From assembly GCA_964555055.1 (NCBI GenBank), contig CAZKQW010000001.1:262500-326499 (forward strand): a stretch of 64,000 bases of DNA, written 5' to 3'. The notes beneath the pieces are model-generated. The model did not search any database. It saw only the letters and a program-made list of their open reading frames with translations, and was not told the origin of the DNA. Origin of the DNA: an uncultured Pseudomonadota bacterium. GTDB lineage: Bacteria > UBA10199 > JACPAL01 > GCA-016699445. This document shows, in pieces, positions 27,922 to 38,159 of this stretch; within the stretch, counting starts at the first letter, position 1, and the number at the start of each line of letters is the position of its first letter. The position numbers were made by a program, and so were the translations under genes.

Positions 27922-29199
27922 TTAAAGAAGCCCATTCAACGCTACATGCGTTATTTTTCTCAACGTCAGGATACAACCCAGCAGACAGATCGATAATGCC
28001 GCAATCGAAACCCAAATAAGGTGGTCCCATAAAAAGGCGACGGGAACGGTTTTTAGGAAATAAATTTCCGCTTCCAAACGGATCGGAGCCCAGGTCTTTA
28101 ATACGAATTCGCACGCGAGCCCACCCGCCAAACCCGAGGCGGTTCCCAACACACCGATCAGGATCCCATCTAGAATGAAAACCCGCCGCAACCGTCCCCA
28201 GCTATAACCCAAGACCCTTAAAATCGCGATTTCCCGCCTTTTTTGCAGAATGAGCATCATTAAGGTGCCCAGGACGTTCAAGGAAGCCACGACGATTAAA
28301 ACAGCCATGAGAAGACCGAACATCCATTTTTCGGTTTCCATGGCTTTGAAGACATTCTCATGAATCTCCTTCCAGCTCAGGATTTCATAAGGAAAGCCGA
28401 GGACATCCCTCAAAGCCTCCGAAAATCGATCGGCGTTCTTCGGAGAGTCTAGCCAGAGTTCGAATCCGGAGACCCTATCACCCATATGAAAAAAATCGCT
28501 CCCTTCCGCCAAATCCAAGAACGCGAAGGAAGAATCGACTTCATAGACGCCGGTCTCGAATACACCCGCCAGAAAGAAGCTCTTCAAATCCTGGGTGCTA
28601 ATCTGGGAAAGATCTTTTTTTAGGTGCGTCTTCGGGGAAAAGGCCGATGGGAACAATAACTTCACAACACCTGGCTTGACTCCGGATTCCTCGGCGACGA
28701 CCTTGCCCAGATAGATTTTAGGAAGATGCTTCTCGTTTTCTCCCGCGGCCATGTCGACGGATATGATTCCGGACTTATGAAAATAGTCCTGTGATACGCC
28801 TTTTAAAACTAAACCTTTGAGACTTTTCCCGCCGACCAGCATACCTTCGCGGTAAATAATGCGTTCCATGTTCTTTACCGAAATACGGGTTTCTCGCGAG
28901 ACATCCCCCATCGCTTTCTCGACGGCGATCGGGTCGTCGATATCGTCTTCGAAATGCACCGTCACGTGGGCTTGAGATCCGAGGATCGCCTTCTCGTAAT
29001 CCCTCGAGAAGCCTTCCGTGATCCCAAGAGCTAAAAGCAATGCCATTACCCCGAAACCCATTCCTAAAATAGCGACCCACAACGACGCCGAGAAGAATCC
29101 GCCGGCGCGCGAGCTTGCAAATAATCTCCACGCCAAAATCGCATCCCAGAGCCTCATGACTCCTCCCGTTGCAAGGATGCGATGGGATCCGCCTCGCAT
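27922..29199 (-). CDS. LolC/LolE-family lipoprotein-release permease (FtsX-like)
   Basis: N-terminal TM, a large periplasmic domain, and a C-terminal three-TM FtsX domain. The likely true start is MRLWDAIL (~29157), overlapping the upstream permease stop. Confidence 0.78.
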   Translation of the reverse strand: MRGGSHRILATGGVMRLWDAILAWRLFASSRAGGFFSASLWVAILGMGFGVMALLLALGITEGFSRDYEKAILGSQAHVTVHFEDDIDDPIAVEKAMGDVSRETRISVKNMERIIYREGMLVGGKSLKGLVLKGVSQDYFHKSGIISVDMAAGENEKHLPKIYLGKVVAEESGVKPGVVKLLFPSAFSPKTHLKKDLSQISTQDLKSFFLAGVFETGVYEVDSSFAFLDLAEGSDFFHMGDRVSGFELWLDSPKNADRFSEALRDVLGFPYEILSWKEIHENVFKAMETEKWMFGLLMAVLIVVASLNVLGTLMMLILQKRREIAILRVLGYSWGRLRRVFILDGILIGVLGTASGLAGGLACEFVLKTWAPIRLEAEIYFLKTVPVAFLWDHLIWVSIAALSICLLGCILTLRKITHVALNGLL

Positions 29200-30377
29200 G
29201 CCTTATAGGCCGGGTAAAAGGCGGCCAGAAGAACGATCACGGGCACCAGAAAGAAAATCATGGATAATGAAAGCGGGGAAAAGGAAAGGGGGAGTTTATC
29301 GATGTAATACGTAGGCGGAAGATCGATCGGGTGGCGCACGCCCCAGAGAACGCAGGACAAGCCCAAAAGTCCCCCCACACCGCCACCCCATGCCGCTAAA
29401 CGCAAGGCGTAGAAAAGAAAGATCTTTCGGATGGCCTTTCGCTGCAATCCGAGAGCCTTTAACAAACCCATGTCTTTTCTCTTTTCGACGACAGTCAATG
29501 ACAGCACACTGAAAATGTTAAAGGAAGCCACCCATAAAAGTACGGCAAGCAAAGCTCCCATACCGATCTTTTCCAAGCGTAGAGCGGCGAAGAGCTTAGG
29601 GTTCTGATCCACCCAGGTTTCGATGGCGAAAGAAGGCGGATCCGAAATTGACGCCTGACTCGTGATCGCGCGCTTCATCCTTTCCGTGTCGTGAATGTCG
29701 TGAAACCAAACTTCCAACCCCCGTTTCCCCTCGGCTCCAAAAAGCTTTCGGGCCTCTTCATAAGAGACCAATCCGTATTTATGGTCGAAGTCGTAATAGC
29801 CCGAGTGGAACAATCCGGTCAGTCGAACCTCACGACGGTGAGGGATCAAATCACCCGTCGGCCCGATTTCCCCCAAGGGAAAAACCAACTGCATGGTTTC
29901 ATTAAAATCCGGATGAACGCGCAACATCCCGGCGAGCTCATCGCCCAAGATTAAAGAGCCGGATGCGAACTCCCTATTTTCAGAAAGCTCCCCCAACCTC
30001 TGAGGATCGGGTTTTTCCGAAATCCCCCGCAAGCGCATCCCCATCGTCATGCCGTTATCGGCTTGAATGATAGTCTCGCCTTCGACGAAGGGAAGGACTT
30101 TGAGGACGCGCGGAATCCTTTGGATCTTCTCTCGGAGAGTGTCCATCTCCACGGTGTTATAAGGGGACAACGCCACAACCAACAACGGAGCCCGAAATCC
30201 CAAAATCCTTTTTTGGAAATCCCTCTCGAACCCTTCCATCACGGATAGGATGAAGACGAGGGCAAAGACGGAGACGGCGATCGAAAAAAGGGAGATGCGG
30301 ATCAGAAACGTCAATAAAGGAGGGCGGTTTCCCGAAAACTGGAAATAGCGTTTCGCGATGAAGGTTTCGAAGGACAT
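29154..30377 (-). CDS. LolC/LolE-family lipoprotein-release permease (FtsX-like)
   Basis: MSFETFIAKRYF N-terminus typical of LolC/E. Same topology as its neighbour. Confidence 0.78.
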   Translation of the reverse strand: MSFETFIAKRYFQFSGNRPPLLTFLIRISLFSIAVSVFALVFILSVMEGFERDFQKRILGFRAPLLVVALSPYNTVEMDTLREKIQRIPRVLKVLPFVEGETIIQADNGMTMGMRLRGISEKPDPQRLGELSENREFASGSLILGDELAGMLRVHPDFNETMQLVFPLGEIGPTGDLIPHRREVRLTGLFHSGYYDFDHKYGLVSYEEARKLFGAEGKRGLEVWFHDIHDTERMKRAITSQASISDPPSFAIETWVDQNPKLFAALRLEKIGMGALLAVLLWVASFNIFSVLSLTVVEKRKDMGLLKALGLQRKAIRKIFLFYALRLAAWGGGVGGLLGLSCVLWGVRHPIDLPPTYYIDKLPLSFSPLSLSMIFFLVPVIVLLAAFYPAYKACEADPIASLQREES

Positions 30378-30387
30378 GAGTGCGCCT

Positions 30388-31776
30388 TCAGTGCGCCTTG
30401 GCTTCAGGCCTCATGAGAGGAAAGAGGATGACGTCCCGGATCGACGGCTGATCCGTCAAAAGCATCACGAGCCGGTCGATACCGATCCCCTCACCTGCCG
30501 TCGGGGGTAGGCCGTGCTCCAGGGCGCGGATATAATCCTCGTCGAAGGGCATGGCTTCCTCATCGCCCTTCTTCTTGGCCTCCACTTGAGCCAGAAACCT
30601 TTCCTTTTGGTCCAACGGATCGTTGAGCTCGGAGAACGCATTAGCTACTTCCATCCCGGCCACGTAGAGCTCGAATCGATCGCAGATCTCTCCGTTCTTC
30701 TCGTTCTTGCGCGCGAGCGGCGAATCCTTGAGCGGAAAATCAGTCACAAAGGTGGGTTGAATGAGATTTTTCTCCCCGATACGCATCATCTCCTCGTGCG
30801 TCATCCGCGCGAACGGAGCCTTAAAGGATAATTCCTTCCCTTGATAGGGTACCGTCGTCGTCCCGCAGACTTTTTGGGCGAGTTCAGAAAAGAGAGTTTC
30901 GGTCAACGCCATCAAGTCCTCGAAGGTCGCATACGACTGGTAAAACTCAATCATCGTGAACTCGGGATTGTGTTGGGTGGACACGCCTTCGTTACGGAAG
31001 TTCCGGTTGATCTCGAAGACGCGCTCGAAACCGCCGACGACCAGGCGTTTTAAATAAAGCTCAGGCGCAATACGGAGATACAGCTCCATACCAAGTGCGT
31101 TATGATGGGTCACAAAAGGCTTGGCGGCGGCTCCTCCCGCTAAGGGATGCATCATCGGCGTTTCCACCTCAATGTAATCCCGTGCGATAAAGAACTCGCG
31201 CATCCACTGGATAATGTGGGCTCGCTTCCGGAATACCATTTGAACGTCTTCATTAGCCACCAGGTCCAAATACCGCTGGCGGTAACGGATTTCGACGTCG
31301 CTGAGCCCATGCCACTTTTCGGGCAAGGGACGCAGGGACTTACCGGCGAATTGCAAAGTCTGGATGCGTAGGGTCAGTTCGTTCGTCTTCGTGCGGAAGA
31401 GATTTCCCGACACGAAGATGAAGTCCCCAATGTCGAGGGATTTGTAGAGAGAGAACGTCTTCTCGTCGACACCCTTTTGATCGATAAAAAGCTGCAGCGT
31501 CCCCTTACGGTCTTTAAGGCGGATGAACGCGGCCTTGCCGAACGCACGCACCATCATGATGCGTCCCGCGAGAGTGAAGATCTCAGGGATCTTTTCCAGC
31601 TCCTCACCCGAAAATTTCTCGTAATTCTCGGAAATTTCCCGCGTCGTGTGCGTCACCCGGAAACCATTCGGGTACGGATGGATGCCTTGGGACTTCAATT
31701 CTTCCAGACGCTTCAACCGATTTTCGTATTCTTCTTGTGACATGAGTGGCTTGGTTTTGTCCAAGATCGAGACCAA
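30388..31776 (-). CDS. lysS: lysine--tRNA ligase (class II)
   Basis: [23 protein letters not shown]-terminus and an OB anticodon-binding domain. Class II motifs: [32 protein letters not shown]. Confidence 0.9.
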   Translation of the reverse strand: MVSILDKTKPLMSQEEYENRLKRLEELKSQGIHPYPNGFRVTHTTREISENYEKFSGEELEKIPEIFTLAGRIMMVRAFGKAAFIRLKDRKGTLQLFIDQKGVDEKTFSLYKSLDIGDFIFVSGNLFRTKTNELTLRIQTLQFAGKSLRPLPEKWHGLSDVEIRYRQRYLDLVANEDVQMVFRKRAHIIQWMREFFIARDYIEVETPMMHPLAGGAAAKPFVTHHNALGMELYLRIAPELYLKRLVVGGFERVFEINRNFRNEGVSTQHNPEFTMIEFYQSYATFEDLMALTETLFSELAQKVCGTTTVPYQGKELSFKAPFARMTHEEMMRIGEKNLIQPTFVTDFPLKDSPLARKNEKNGEICDRFELYVAGMEVANAFSELNDPLDQKERFLAQVEAKKKGDEEAMPFDEDYIRALEHGLPPTAGEGIGIDRLVMLLTDQPSIRDVILFPLMRPEAKAH

Positions 31777-31958
31777 GTCAATGTTCTAGTCGCCGATCCG
31801 GACTATGAAATCGCCTTTGAATGGGAACTCAAACGATATCCCCATTCCACAGTTTCTCAAGGAAAGTTTCCCAAGGAAATGTGATTTCTTTCGCAAGAGG
31901 AGGCCGCCTCAAAACACCTTTATAGTTATCATATAGTATAATTTCACTATATTTATGC

Positions 31959-34901
31959 TTAAGGTGCTGTCGTGATGCCGACTGGATAGACGGAACCCTC
32001 CGGTAAAACGTTCGGATAGGCGTGACCAGGTAGTGGAAGGCGGCTTGGATCAGAATCATTCGCATCTCTATTTTCGCCTCTATTTGCACGATCTACGCTA
32101 TCACAATGGCCGGAACCTATCGGTCGAGTGAATTCGAAAAAATTAAAATTGGTAGCAGGAGGCATCACCGTCATTTCTGGTGCATAGACAACACACCGAA
32201 ATGTTTCTCCATATAGAACTCCGCCACCATACATTCGATCAAAAGAAGTGGATACATCGCCCGTCGATCCGTTTAATAGGGGAATTTGGCCGGAATTCCA
32301 TTGAAAAAATCTTCCACCATTAGCGCAATGGCCACCTCCACTTTGTCCATATCTTCCCTGAGGGCCATCAAGCTCTGGCCAAGCTTCATTACCTCCATGC
32401 GCCCATTCCCCGTAACTACAACAGGACACGGTAAACGATGGGGCGCCTCGCGTGATGATGTTCGCCATAAGATGTCCATTATATTTTGAACAACCCGCGA
32501 CCCCATCACGGCTATCATGCTTGTTTCCATTAAGACCAGAGCAACTTAATCCATCTGGATTTCCGATAGGAACATTAAAAAATCTCTGAGGCTCATCATA
32601 ATTGTCCATATGCAGCCAAACTCCAGCCTCTCCTTCTAGCCCTCCTGCTTTCGTGCAATATTGGAAATCTGTACATCCTAGGATAGGCGCTTCGTTACAA
32701 TTGGTATCCGCAAGAATATAATCATATGCCCACGCCGTCGTGTTAAAATCTTTAATAATATTAATACCAGGGTTTTGAATATAGATGGGCAATTCAATGA
32801 AAAGATTCGGGCCACGAGAAATGGACATTTGGTAAGAATTACAGGTTAAATCCCGAGTGAGGCGATTCACATACCGGATTTCCCCCGTCGGCGTCACCGA
32901 GAGGCCGGGGGCCGCCGTGAGTGAGCTCACGACGATAGGCCCACTGGAGGCGGTGCATGCCGGGTTGGGACTACTCTGAGCGACGTTGAATTGAACGAAC
33001 CAAGGGATGTTCTCCGGCGTCTCCGAGAGGTGACGGCCGCTGATATTGATGAAACAAGATTGGCGAATATGAGTGGTGAGTTCCAATTGTCCGCTCGTGC
33101 AGGAAGTCCCACTCCCTAAAATTTGTCCGTTAGGCGTGCTGATCGCATCATGGCGCGCACAGACGTTACCGTCTGGCCCATACACATCACCAAAATCAAA
33201 AGTCGTCGCGGCTTCGTCATAGGCACAGTCAAAATCGACCGTCTTTACCGTCGGCTCTACGCCAGCGATAGCCCCTGGGATATTAATCTGAACAGAAGGC
33301 AGAACTCCATTACCCAAGAAACGGCATGTCTGGGAGAAATTCACGCGTCCAATACCAGCCGTAGCGGCGTTATCGGCATAAGACCCGCCCTCACACCCTT
33401 CAAAGGTCGGGGCTTCGCCCGCATTGGTATAAGACCCCTGGATCGTGAAAAAGGGATTGGTACGGTCGATCACGACATCATCCACTTGAAGCCCCGCACT
33501 TCCCAAAGCATAACGGCTTTCTGAGGAAAATATTTGCCCGTCTACGGAGCGCACCACGAGCTTAAACAAAGACGGACTCACCCGCATACGGGCGTACACC
33601 GTGTTTTGAAGAGCATCTCGCAAAGGAATACGGCAAGTCATAGCGACGAACTCGGAGGTCCTGGGTAATACGGGAGCATTCATGACAGGATCCTCTTGAT
33701 AGCCAGGCGTTACGCGAGGACCCGAGTCGACCACAGGCGTGGAACTACTCCCGGATCCCACCGACATGCTGCGCACGGTTTGGGTGGATGAGGACGTGCA
33801 CGTGCATCTTCCGGAAGAACAACTTTCAAGACAGGGAATGCCGTCATCCAAAGATCCATCGCGATAAACGCCATTTTCGGAGGTTCTGAGGATATTATTG
33901 CAGCTTTCCACTCCAAAAGGCCCGTAAATATAAGCTTCTTGAACGGCGGAAGCTTGTATGCTCTCCAGAGACCAATCTATCTTTAACAGTCCGCGGGAGA
34001 GTCTGGATTCGGACACTGTCAGGTTGGCGCGCGCGTTCGGCCCGATATTCGTGGCCATGCAACGGCCAGCATCGCAATAGCTTCCCGCACTGCATTGATC
34101 ATTCCTCTGGCACGATCCACAACGGCCCGAAACGCAGGCCTGGCCGGAACCGCACTGGTTGGTGTTTTCACAAGCACCGCATAAACCCATAATTTGCGAA
34201 GAAGTCGACGTGGCGTTCCGACACACCATGCCTTGGTAGTTGGCATTATCCCGAGAACACTGTGAAGCATCGCCAATCAAACAAGGATTGCACTGTCCAT
34301 GAAAACACACCAAGCCCTGGGAACACGCGGGGAGCCCTGTCCCGCATGTGGGGCGTGTATTATCTACGCATTGGGAATTTTCGCAAATCTGACCGCTGGG
34401 ACAATCATAAGCCGTATTGCACGCATCCACGCACTGGTTCCCGCGACAGACTTGACCAATCAAACATTGGGAGCTGCTCCCAGCGGAACATACGGCGGTC
34501 GTGGGAGGCACCGCGCTCCCCCCCATACCCGCCGTACCACCTCTATTAACAACAGCCACTTGGGCCAAGGTCACCGCTTGGTCTCCGCATATTTTTTTCA
34601 CATCGTACAATCCATTAGCCGAAGGAGGGATGGGAAACGAAAAAGACGCGCTTGTCGCAGAGAGAAAGCCGATGACGGAACGAGGAACCAGCTGCGTATC
34701 AAATAAAATGGCGCATCCTTCGGATTCCGTAAGGCCAGTGCATGTCACGCGAGTTCCCCGCGCGCCTGACGAAGGCGTGCATGTTTGGAGCAAGGATTGG
34801 TTCGTCTGATTTTGGCCCGCAGGACCTGAGGAGTTTTCGCTACAGCCCAGAAAGCCTAAAAAAGGGAGCAGGATGAGGACATAAAACGATAATTTTTTCA
34901 T
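31959..34901 (-). CDS. large (~980 aa) cysteine-rich lipoprotein, unknown function
   Basis: Signal peptide with lipobox (LLPFLGFLGCS). A central block of repeated Cx(2)GQxCxxxxC-type modules (e.g. CPSGQICENSQC, CGSGQACVSGRCGSC, CSAGSYCDAGRC). Followed by a large Cys/Gly-rich C-terminal region. Confidence 0.6.
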   Translation of the reverse strand: MKKLSFYVLILLPFLGFLGCSENSSGPAGQNQTNQSLLQTCTPSSGARGTRVTCTGLTESEGCAILFDTQLVPRSVIGFLSATSASFSFPIPPSANGLYDVKKICGDQAVTLAQVAVVNRGGTAGMGGSAVPPTTAVCSAGSSSQCLIGQVCRGNQCVDACNTAYDCPSGQICENSQCVDNTRPTCGTGLPACSQGLVCFHGQCNPCLIGDASQCSRDNANYQGMVCRNATSTSSQIMGLCGACENTNQCGSGQACVSGRCGSCQRNDQCSAGSYCDAGRCMATNIGPNARANLTVSESRLSRGLLKIDWSLESIQASAVQEAYIYGPFGVESCNNILRTSENGVYRDGSLDDGIPCLESCSSGRCTCTSSSTQTVRSMSVGSGSSSTPVVDSGPRVTPGYQEDPVMNAPVLPRTSEFVAMTCRIPLRDALQNTVYARMRVSPSLFKLVVRSVDGQIFSSESRYALGSAGLQVDDVVIDRTNPFFTIQGSYTNAGEAPTFEGCEGGSYADNAATAGIGRVNFSQTCRFLGNGVLPSVQINIPGAIAGVEPTVKTVDFDCAYDEAATTFDFGDVYGPDGNVCARHDAISTPNGQILGSGTSCTSGQLELTTHIRQSCFINISGRHLSETPENIPWFVQFNVAQSSPNPACTASSGPIVVSSLTAAPGLSVTPTGEIRYVNRLTRDLTCNSYQMSISRGPNLFIELPIYIQNPGINIIKDFNTTAWAYDYILADTNCNEAPILGCTDFQYCTKAGGLEGEAGVWLHMDNYDEPQRFFNVPIGNPDGLSCSGLNGNKHDSRDGVAGCSKYNGHLMANIITRGAPSFTVSCCSYGEWAHGGNEAWPELDGPQGRYGQSGGGHCANGGRFFQWNSGQIPLLNGSTGDVSTSFDRMYGGGVLYGETFRCVVYAPEMTVMPPATNFNFFEFTRPIGSGHCDSVDRANRGENRDANDSDPSRLPLPGHAYPNVLPEGSVYPVGITTAP

Positions 34902-35053
34902 AATTTTATCCTTAACTTCCTTAACTTAAGCAACAGAGATGCCAAGTGACGACTTAAGCGAATCGATCCTAAATTGCTGAAATTAATTGATTATTTTAAG
35001 AGGCCTCAGCCTTTTATAGGCGAAGGGTGGGATTTCTTTCCTCAATTTGAGAA

Positions 35054-36151
35054 CTAAGAAACTTGGCTTAAAAGATACGCTTTCATGAAGGGATCAAGGT
35101 CGCCGTCAAGAACGCGATCGGTATCTCCGACCTCATAATCCGTTCGATGGTCTTTAATCATACGATAGGGTTGTAAAACATACGACCGTATTTGGGACCC
35201 CCAAGCGATGTCCTGTTTGCTATCCTCAATCGCGGCTTTTTCCTTATTTTTCTTTTCCATTTCCAAATCGTAAAGCCGGGCCTTGAGGATCTTCATGGCC
35301 GTGTCCCGATTGCGATGCTGGGAACGTTCGTTCTGGCAAGCGACGACAATATTCGTGGGCAAATGCGTGATGCGCACCGCGGAGTCCGTCTTATTGACCT
35401 TTTGACCACCGGCCCCGCTGGAACGGAATGTATCGATGCGCAGATCCGCAGGATTGATTTGGATGTCGATCTCTTGTTCGATGTCCGGCAAAACGAAGAC
35501 GGAAGCGAACGACGTATGACGTCTTTTGTTGGAGTCGAAAGGCGAAATACGTACGAGCCGATGGACGCCTACCTCGGCTTTCAAATACCCGAACGCATAA
35601 GGACCTTCCACGATCATCGTAACGGATCGGAATCCCGTCTGGTCGCCAGGCGTAAAATCAATGATCTCGTTCTTGTACCCGTGCTTATCGGCCCACATGC
35701 GGTACATGCGCAGGAGCATTTCCGCCCAATCACATGATTCCGTCCCGCCGGCACCCGCGTTGATGGAAAATATGGCATTCGCCTGGTCGTTGGAACCCGA
35801 GAGAATTTGATGAAACTCCAAATCCCCCACCGTCTTCTCTAATTCTCGCAACTTCGCTTCGGCCTCGTGTTCGAGTTCGGCATCGTCACCGCTCGCTAAA
35901 AGCTCGAATATAGACTCCACTTCGACCAAAATATCCGCGATTTTCTTGTCGATGAAAAAATCGGCTTTGAGCTTCTCGAGCTCTTTTAAGGACGCGGCGG
36001 CTTTTTGAGGGTCGCTCCAAAATGTGTCAGAGGCCGTGAGGTGTTCGAGTTCGTCAAGACGGTGCTTCTTGGAGGCTAAGTCAAAGCCTCCTCCTAAGAG
36101 GAGCCGAGGCCTCTTTCAGATCTTCAAGCTTTCTTTTGAGGTCGTTTTGCA
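35054..36151 (-). CDS. prfB: peptide chain release factor 2, with a programmed +1 ribosomal frameshift
   Basis: Main frame carries SPF (RISPFDSN) and GGQ (SGAGGQKVN) with RF2-wide similarity. An upstream short frame MQNDLKRKLEDLKEASAPLRRRL ends at the in-frame TGA of AGGAGGAGG CTT TGA C. Shifting +1 at CTT joins the 291-aa frame seamlessly. Confidence 0.9.
36068..36088 (-). promoter_or_regulatory. prfB autoregulatory +1 frameshift site (internal SD AGGAGGAGG + CUU UGA C)
   Basis: Reverse complement of 36068-36088 reads AGGAGGAGGCTTTGAC. This is identical in organisation to the E. coli RF2 recoding site. Confidence 0.85.
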
Positions 36152-37747
36152 TGTCGCGTCCTTATGGAAAAAAGAAACGGTGAGCAACAAAATCAGAAGG
36201 GCCACGCACGTCCAGGCGAAGACATCCCCATATTTCATATAGACGGTTTCGGTTTTCAGGATGGGAATGGAGACGACGCGCGTTTCCTCCCGAAAAGGCA
36301 TCAATGAGGCGATCGCCTCCCCCGTCGGAGCAAAGACGGCGGATACGCCCGTATTGGTCACCCGGACCATCGAGCGTCGGTTCTCGATAGCTCGAAAACG
36401 GGAAAAATCAAGATGCTGGTACAACGCCGAAGAACGGTCGTACCAGGCGTCGTTGGTGAGATTGACGAGAAAGTCGGCGCCTTTTCCGGTGAAGGTACGG
36501 CTAATTTCCGGGAATAGATCCTCGTAGCAAATCGTCACCCCAAAGGATCGTTCTCCGATCGAAAGCACATGGAAATCAGATCCCGGCTCGAAATCCCCGG
36601 CGCCTGGCACCACCTTTTCCAAAAAATAAAAAAACTTTTTAAAAGGCACGTATTCTCCCATCGGCACGAGATGCCTCTTGAAATACCAACCTTGGAGACG
36701 GCCACCGGGCATCACCAAAGCGGCTCCGTTACGCATACGGAACATATCGCCCTCGTAAGCCTGAGGCGCGGGAGGCGGCCAAGCCTCCGGTGGGACGCCC
36801 TCGTAAGTCAGCATTCCCATGAGAAGGGGGATTCGTATACTTTTCAATAATTCAATATCGAACTGATCCGGTGGAATGACCGTGGGAAAAGATGATTCGG
36901 GCCATACGATAAGGTCGGGGGATTCCTTCTGCAACTCTTCCGAGAGGGAAATATGCCGTTGGACGATTCCATCGACGTTCTCTTCCAACCACTTTTCGTC
37001 TTGAGGAACGTTTCCTTGCACCAGACCTACCTTCAACACATTCACCGTAGACTTTTGCGCTTCGCTGATTTCGCTAAGACGCCATTTTCCATAAACGCAC
37101 AGGCTTGCCATGAGGACCACGGACACGGAAACGGCCACCCAAGGTGATCCCCACTTTTTCGAACCCACCACGTCTTCCTGCTCCATCCACTCGCGGGCAA
37201 ACCAGTAAATGATTTCTCCTAAAGCGGCGTTGATCAGAACCAGGACAAACAAAAGGCCATAAACGCCGAAAAGGTCTAGGGACTGGAGGAAAGTCAAAAA
37301 AGACCGCTGGCTATAAGCTAAATGGGCCCACGGAAAACCTTGGAATGGGAAATAATTCCTCAAAAATTCAAAAGCCGCCCAGGCGAGAGGAAAGGCCCAG
37401 AAAATTGGCCCGCCGCGACGGTGGACCCATACCGAAATAAAAGCGGTCATTCCGGTAAAAAGAGACAGGAGGCAAACGAGTGCGGCGAGCGCTCCAACGG
37501 CTCCCAGGAAGGGCACATTCCCATAGCGGAACAACGCGATCGTGACCCAGTAGAGAGAAAACGAAAAATGAAAAATCCCAAAGCTAAACCCCTTCCAAAA
37601 ACTCCCTGAAGATCGTTTTTTTCGAATCGAAAGATAGAAAGGCACTAAAGAAAACCACGCGAGAAAGCCCAAATCGGGCCAAGGATTGCCGAAAGATGTC
37701 GGGAGGCTCAAGGCCGAAAGCAATCCTGAAAGGGACGCCAGCCACAT
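36116..37747 (-). CDS. lnt: apolipoprotein N-acyltransferase
   Basis: N-terminal multi-TM region plus a CN-hydrolase domain. The catalytic Cys lies in the VTICYEDLFPE context. The 3' end overlaps the prfB start by ~36 nt. Confidence 0.83.
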   Translation of the reverse strand: MWLASLSGLLSALSLPTSFGNPWPDLGFLAWFSLVPFYLSIRKKRSSGSFWKGFSFGIFHFSFSLYWVTIALFRYGNVPFLGAVGALAALVCLLSLFTGMTAFISVWVHRRGGPIFWAFPLAWAAFEFLRNYFPFQGFPWAHLAYSQRSFLTFLQSLDLFGVYGLLFVLVLINAALGEIIYWFAREWMEQEDVVGSKKWGSPWVAVSVSVVLMASLCVYGKWRLSEISEAQKSTVNVLKVGLVQGNVPQDEKWLEENVDGIVQRHISLSEELQKESPDLIVWPESSFPTVIPPDQFDIELLKSIRIPLLMGMLTYEGVPPEAWPPPAPQAYEGDMFRMRNGAALVMPGGRLQGWYFKRHLVPMGEYVPFKKFFYFLEKVVPGAGDFEPGSDFHVLSIGERSFGVTICYEDLFPEISRTFTGKGADFLVNLTNDAWYDRSSALYQHLDFSRFRAIENRRSMVRVTNTGVSAVFAPTGEAIASLMPFREETRVVSIPILKTETVYMKYGDVFAWTCVALLILLLTVSFFHKDATCKTTSKESLKI

Positions 37748-37748
37748 A

Positions 37749-38159
37749 TTAAACGGGAATCCCTTCCATCACTTGGAACGTCTTCTTCCACATGCGCGCC
37801 GCATCCTTTTTAGTTTTATCCCGGTAGCCTAATATATGAAGTAGTCCGTGAACGCAGAGGATGGTCGTTTCCTTCGCGAAGGAATGTCCGCATTCGCTGG
37901 CCTGCCGCTTCGCGGTGTCCAAGGAGACGACGACATCGCCCAAAATCCCTTGGGCCTTCATCTCGAAGGCCAGCACGTCAGTCGCATAGTCGTGATCAAG
38001 GTATTTCTGGTTCCACCGGCGAATGAGCCGATCGGAGACGAAGAGGAAATTGACTTCAAGATTTTCCACCGCCAACCGGGCGGAGATGAGTTGGAGAGCT
38101 TTTCGGATCTTGGAGGGCGTCCGAGCGGATGGGTGTTTGTTGATGATATTTATCGGCAT
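37749..38159 (-). CDS. ybeY: rRNA maturation endoribonuclease YbeY
   Basis: Zinc-binding motif HGLLHILGYRDKT (H.xxH.xGYxH). Length 136 aa. Confidence 0.85.
   Translation of the reverse strand: MPINIINKHPSARTPSKIRKALQLISARLAVENLEVNFLFVSDRLIRRWNQKYLDHDYATDVLAFEMKAQGILGDVVVSLDTAKRQASECGHSFAKETTILCVHGLLHILGYRDKTKKDAARMWKKTFQVMEGIPV

Noticed and set aside
34908-34925. Tandem CCTTAACTT x2 direct repeat upstream of the Cys-rich lipoprotein start
   Set aside because: On the coding strand this is just a duplicated AAGGA-containing RBS region. It is too short to call a repeat element.
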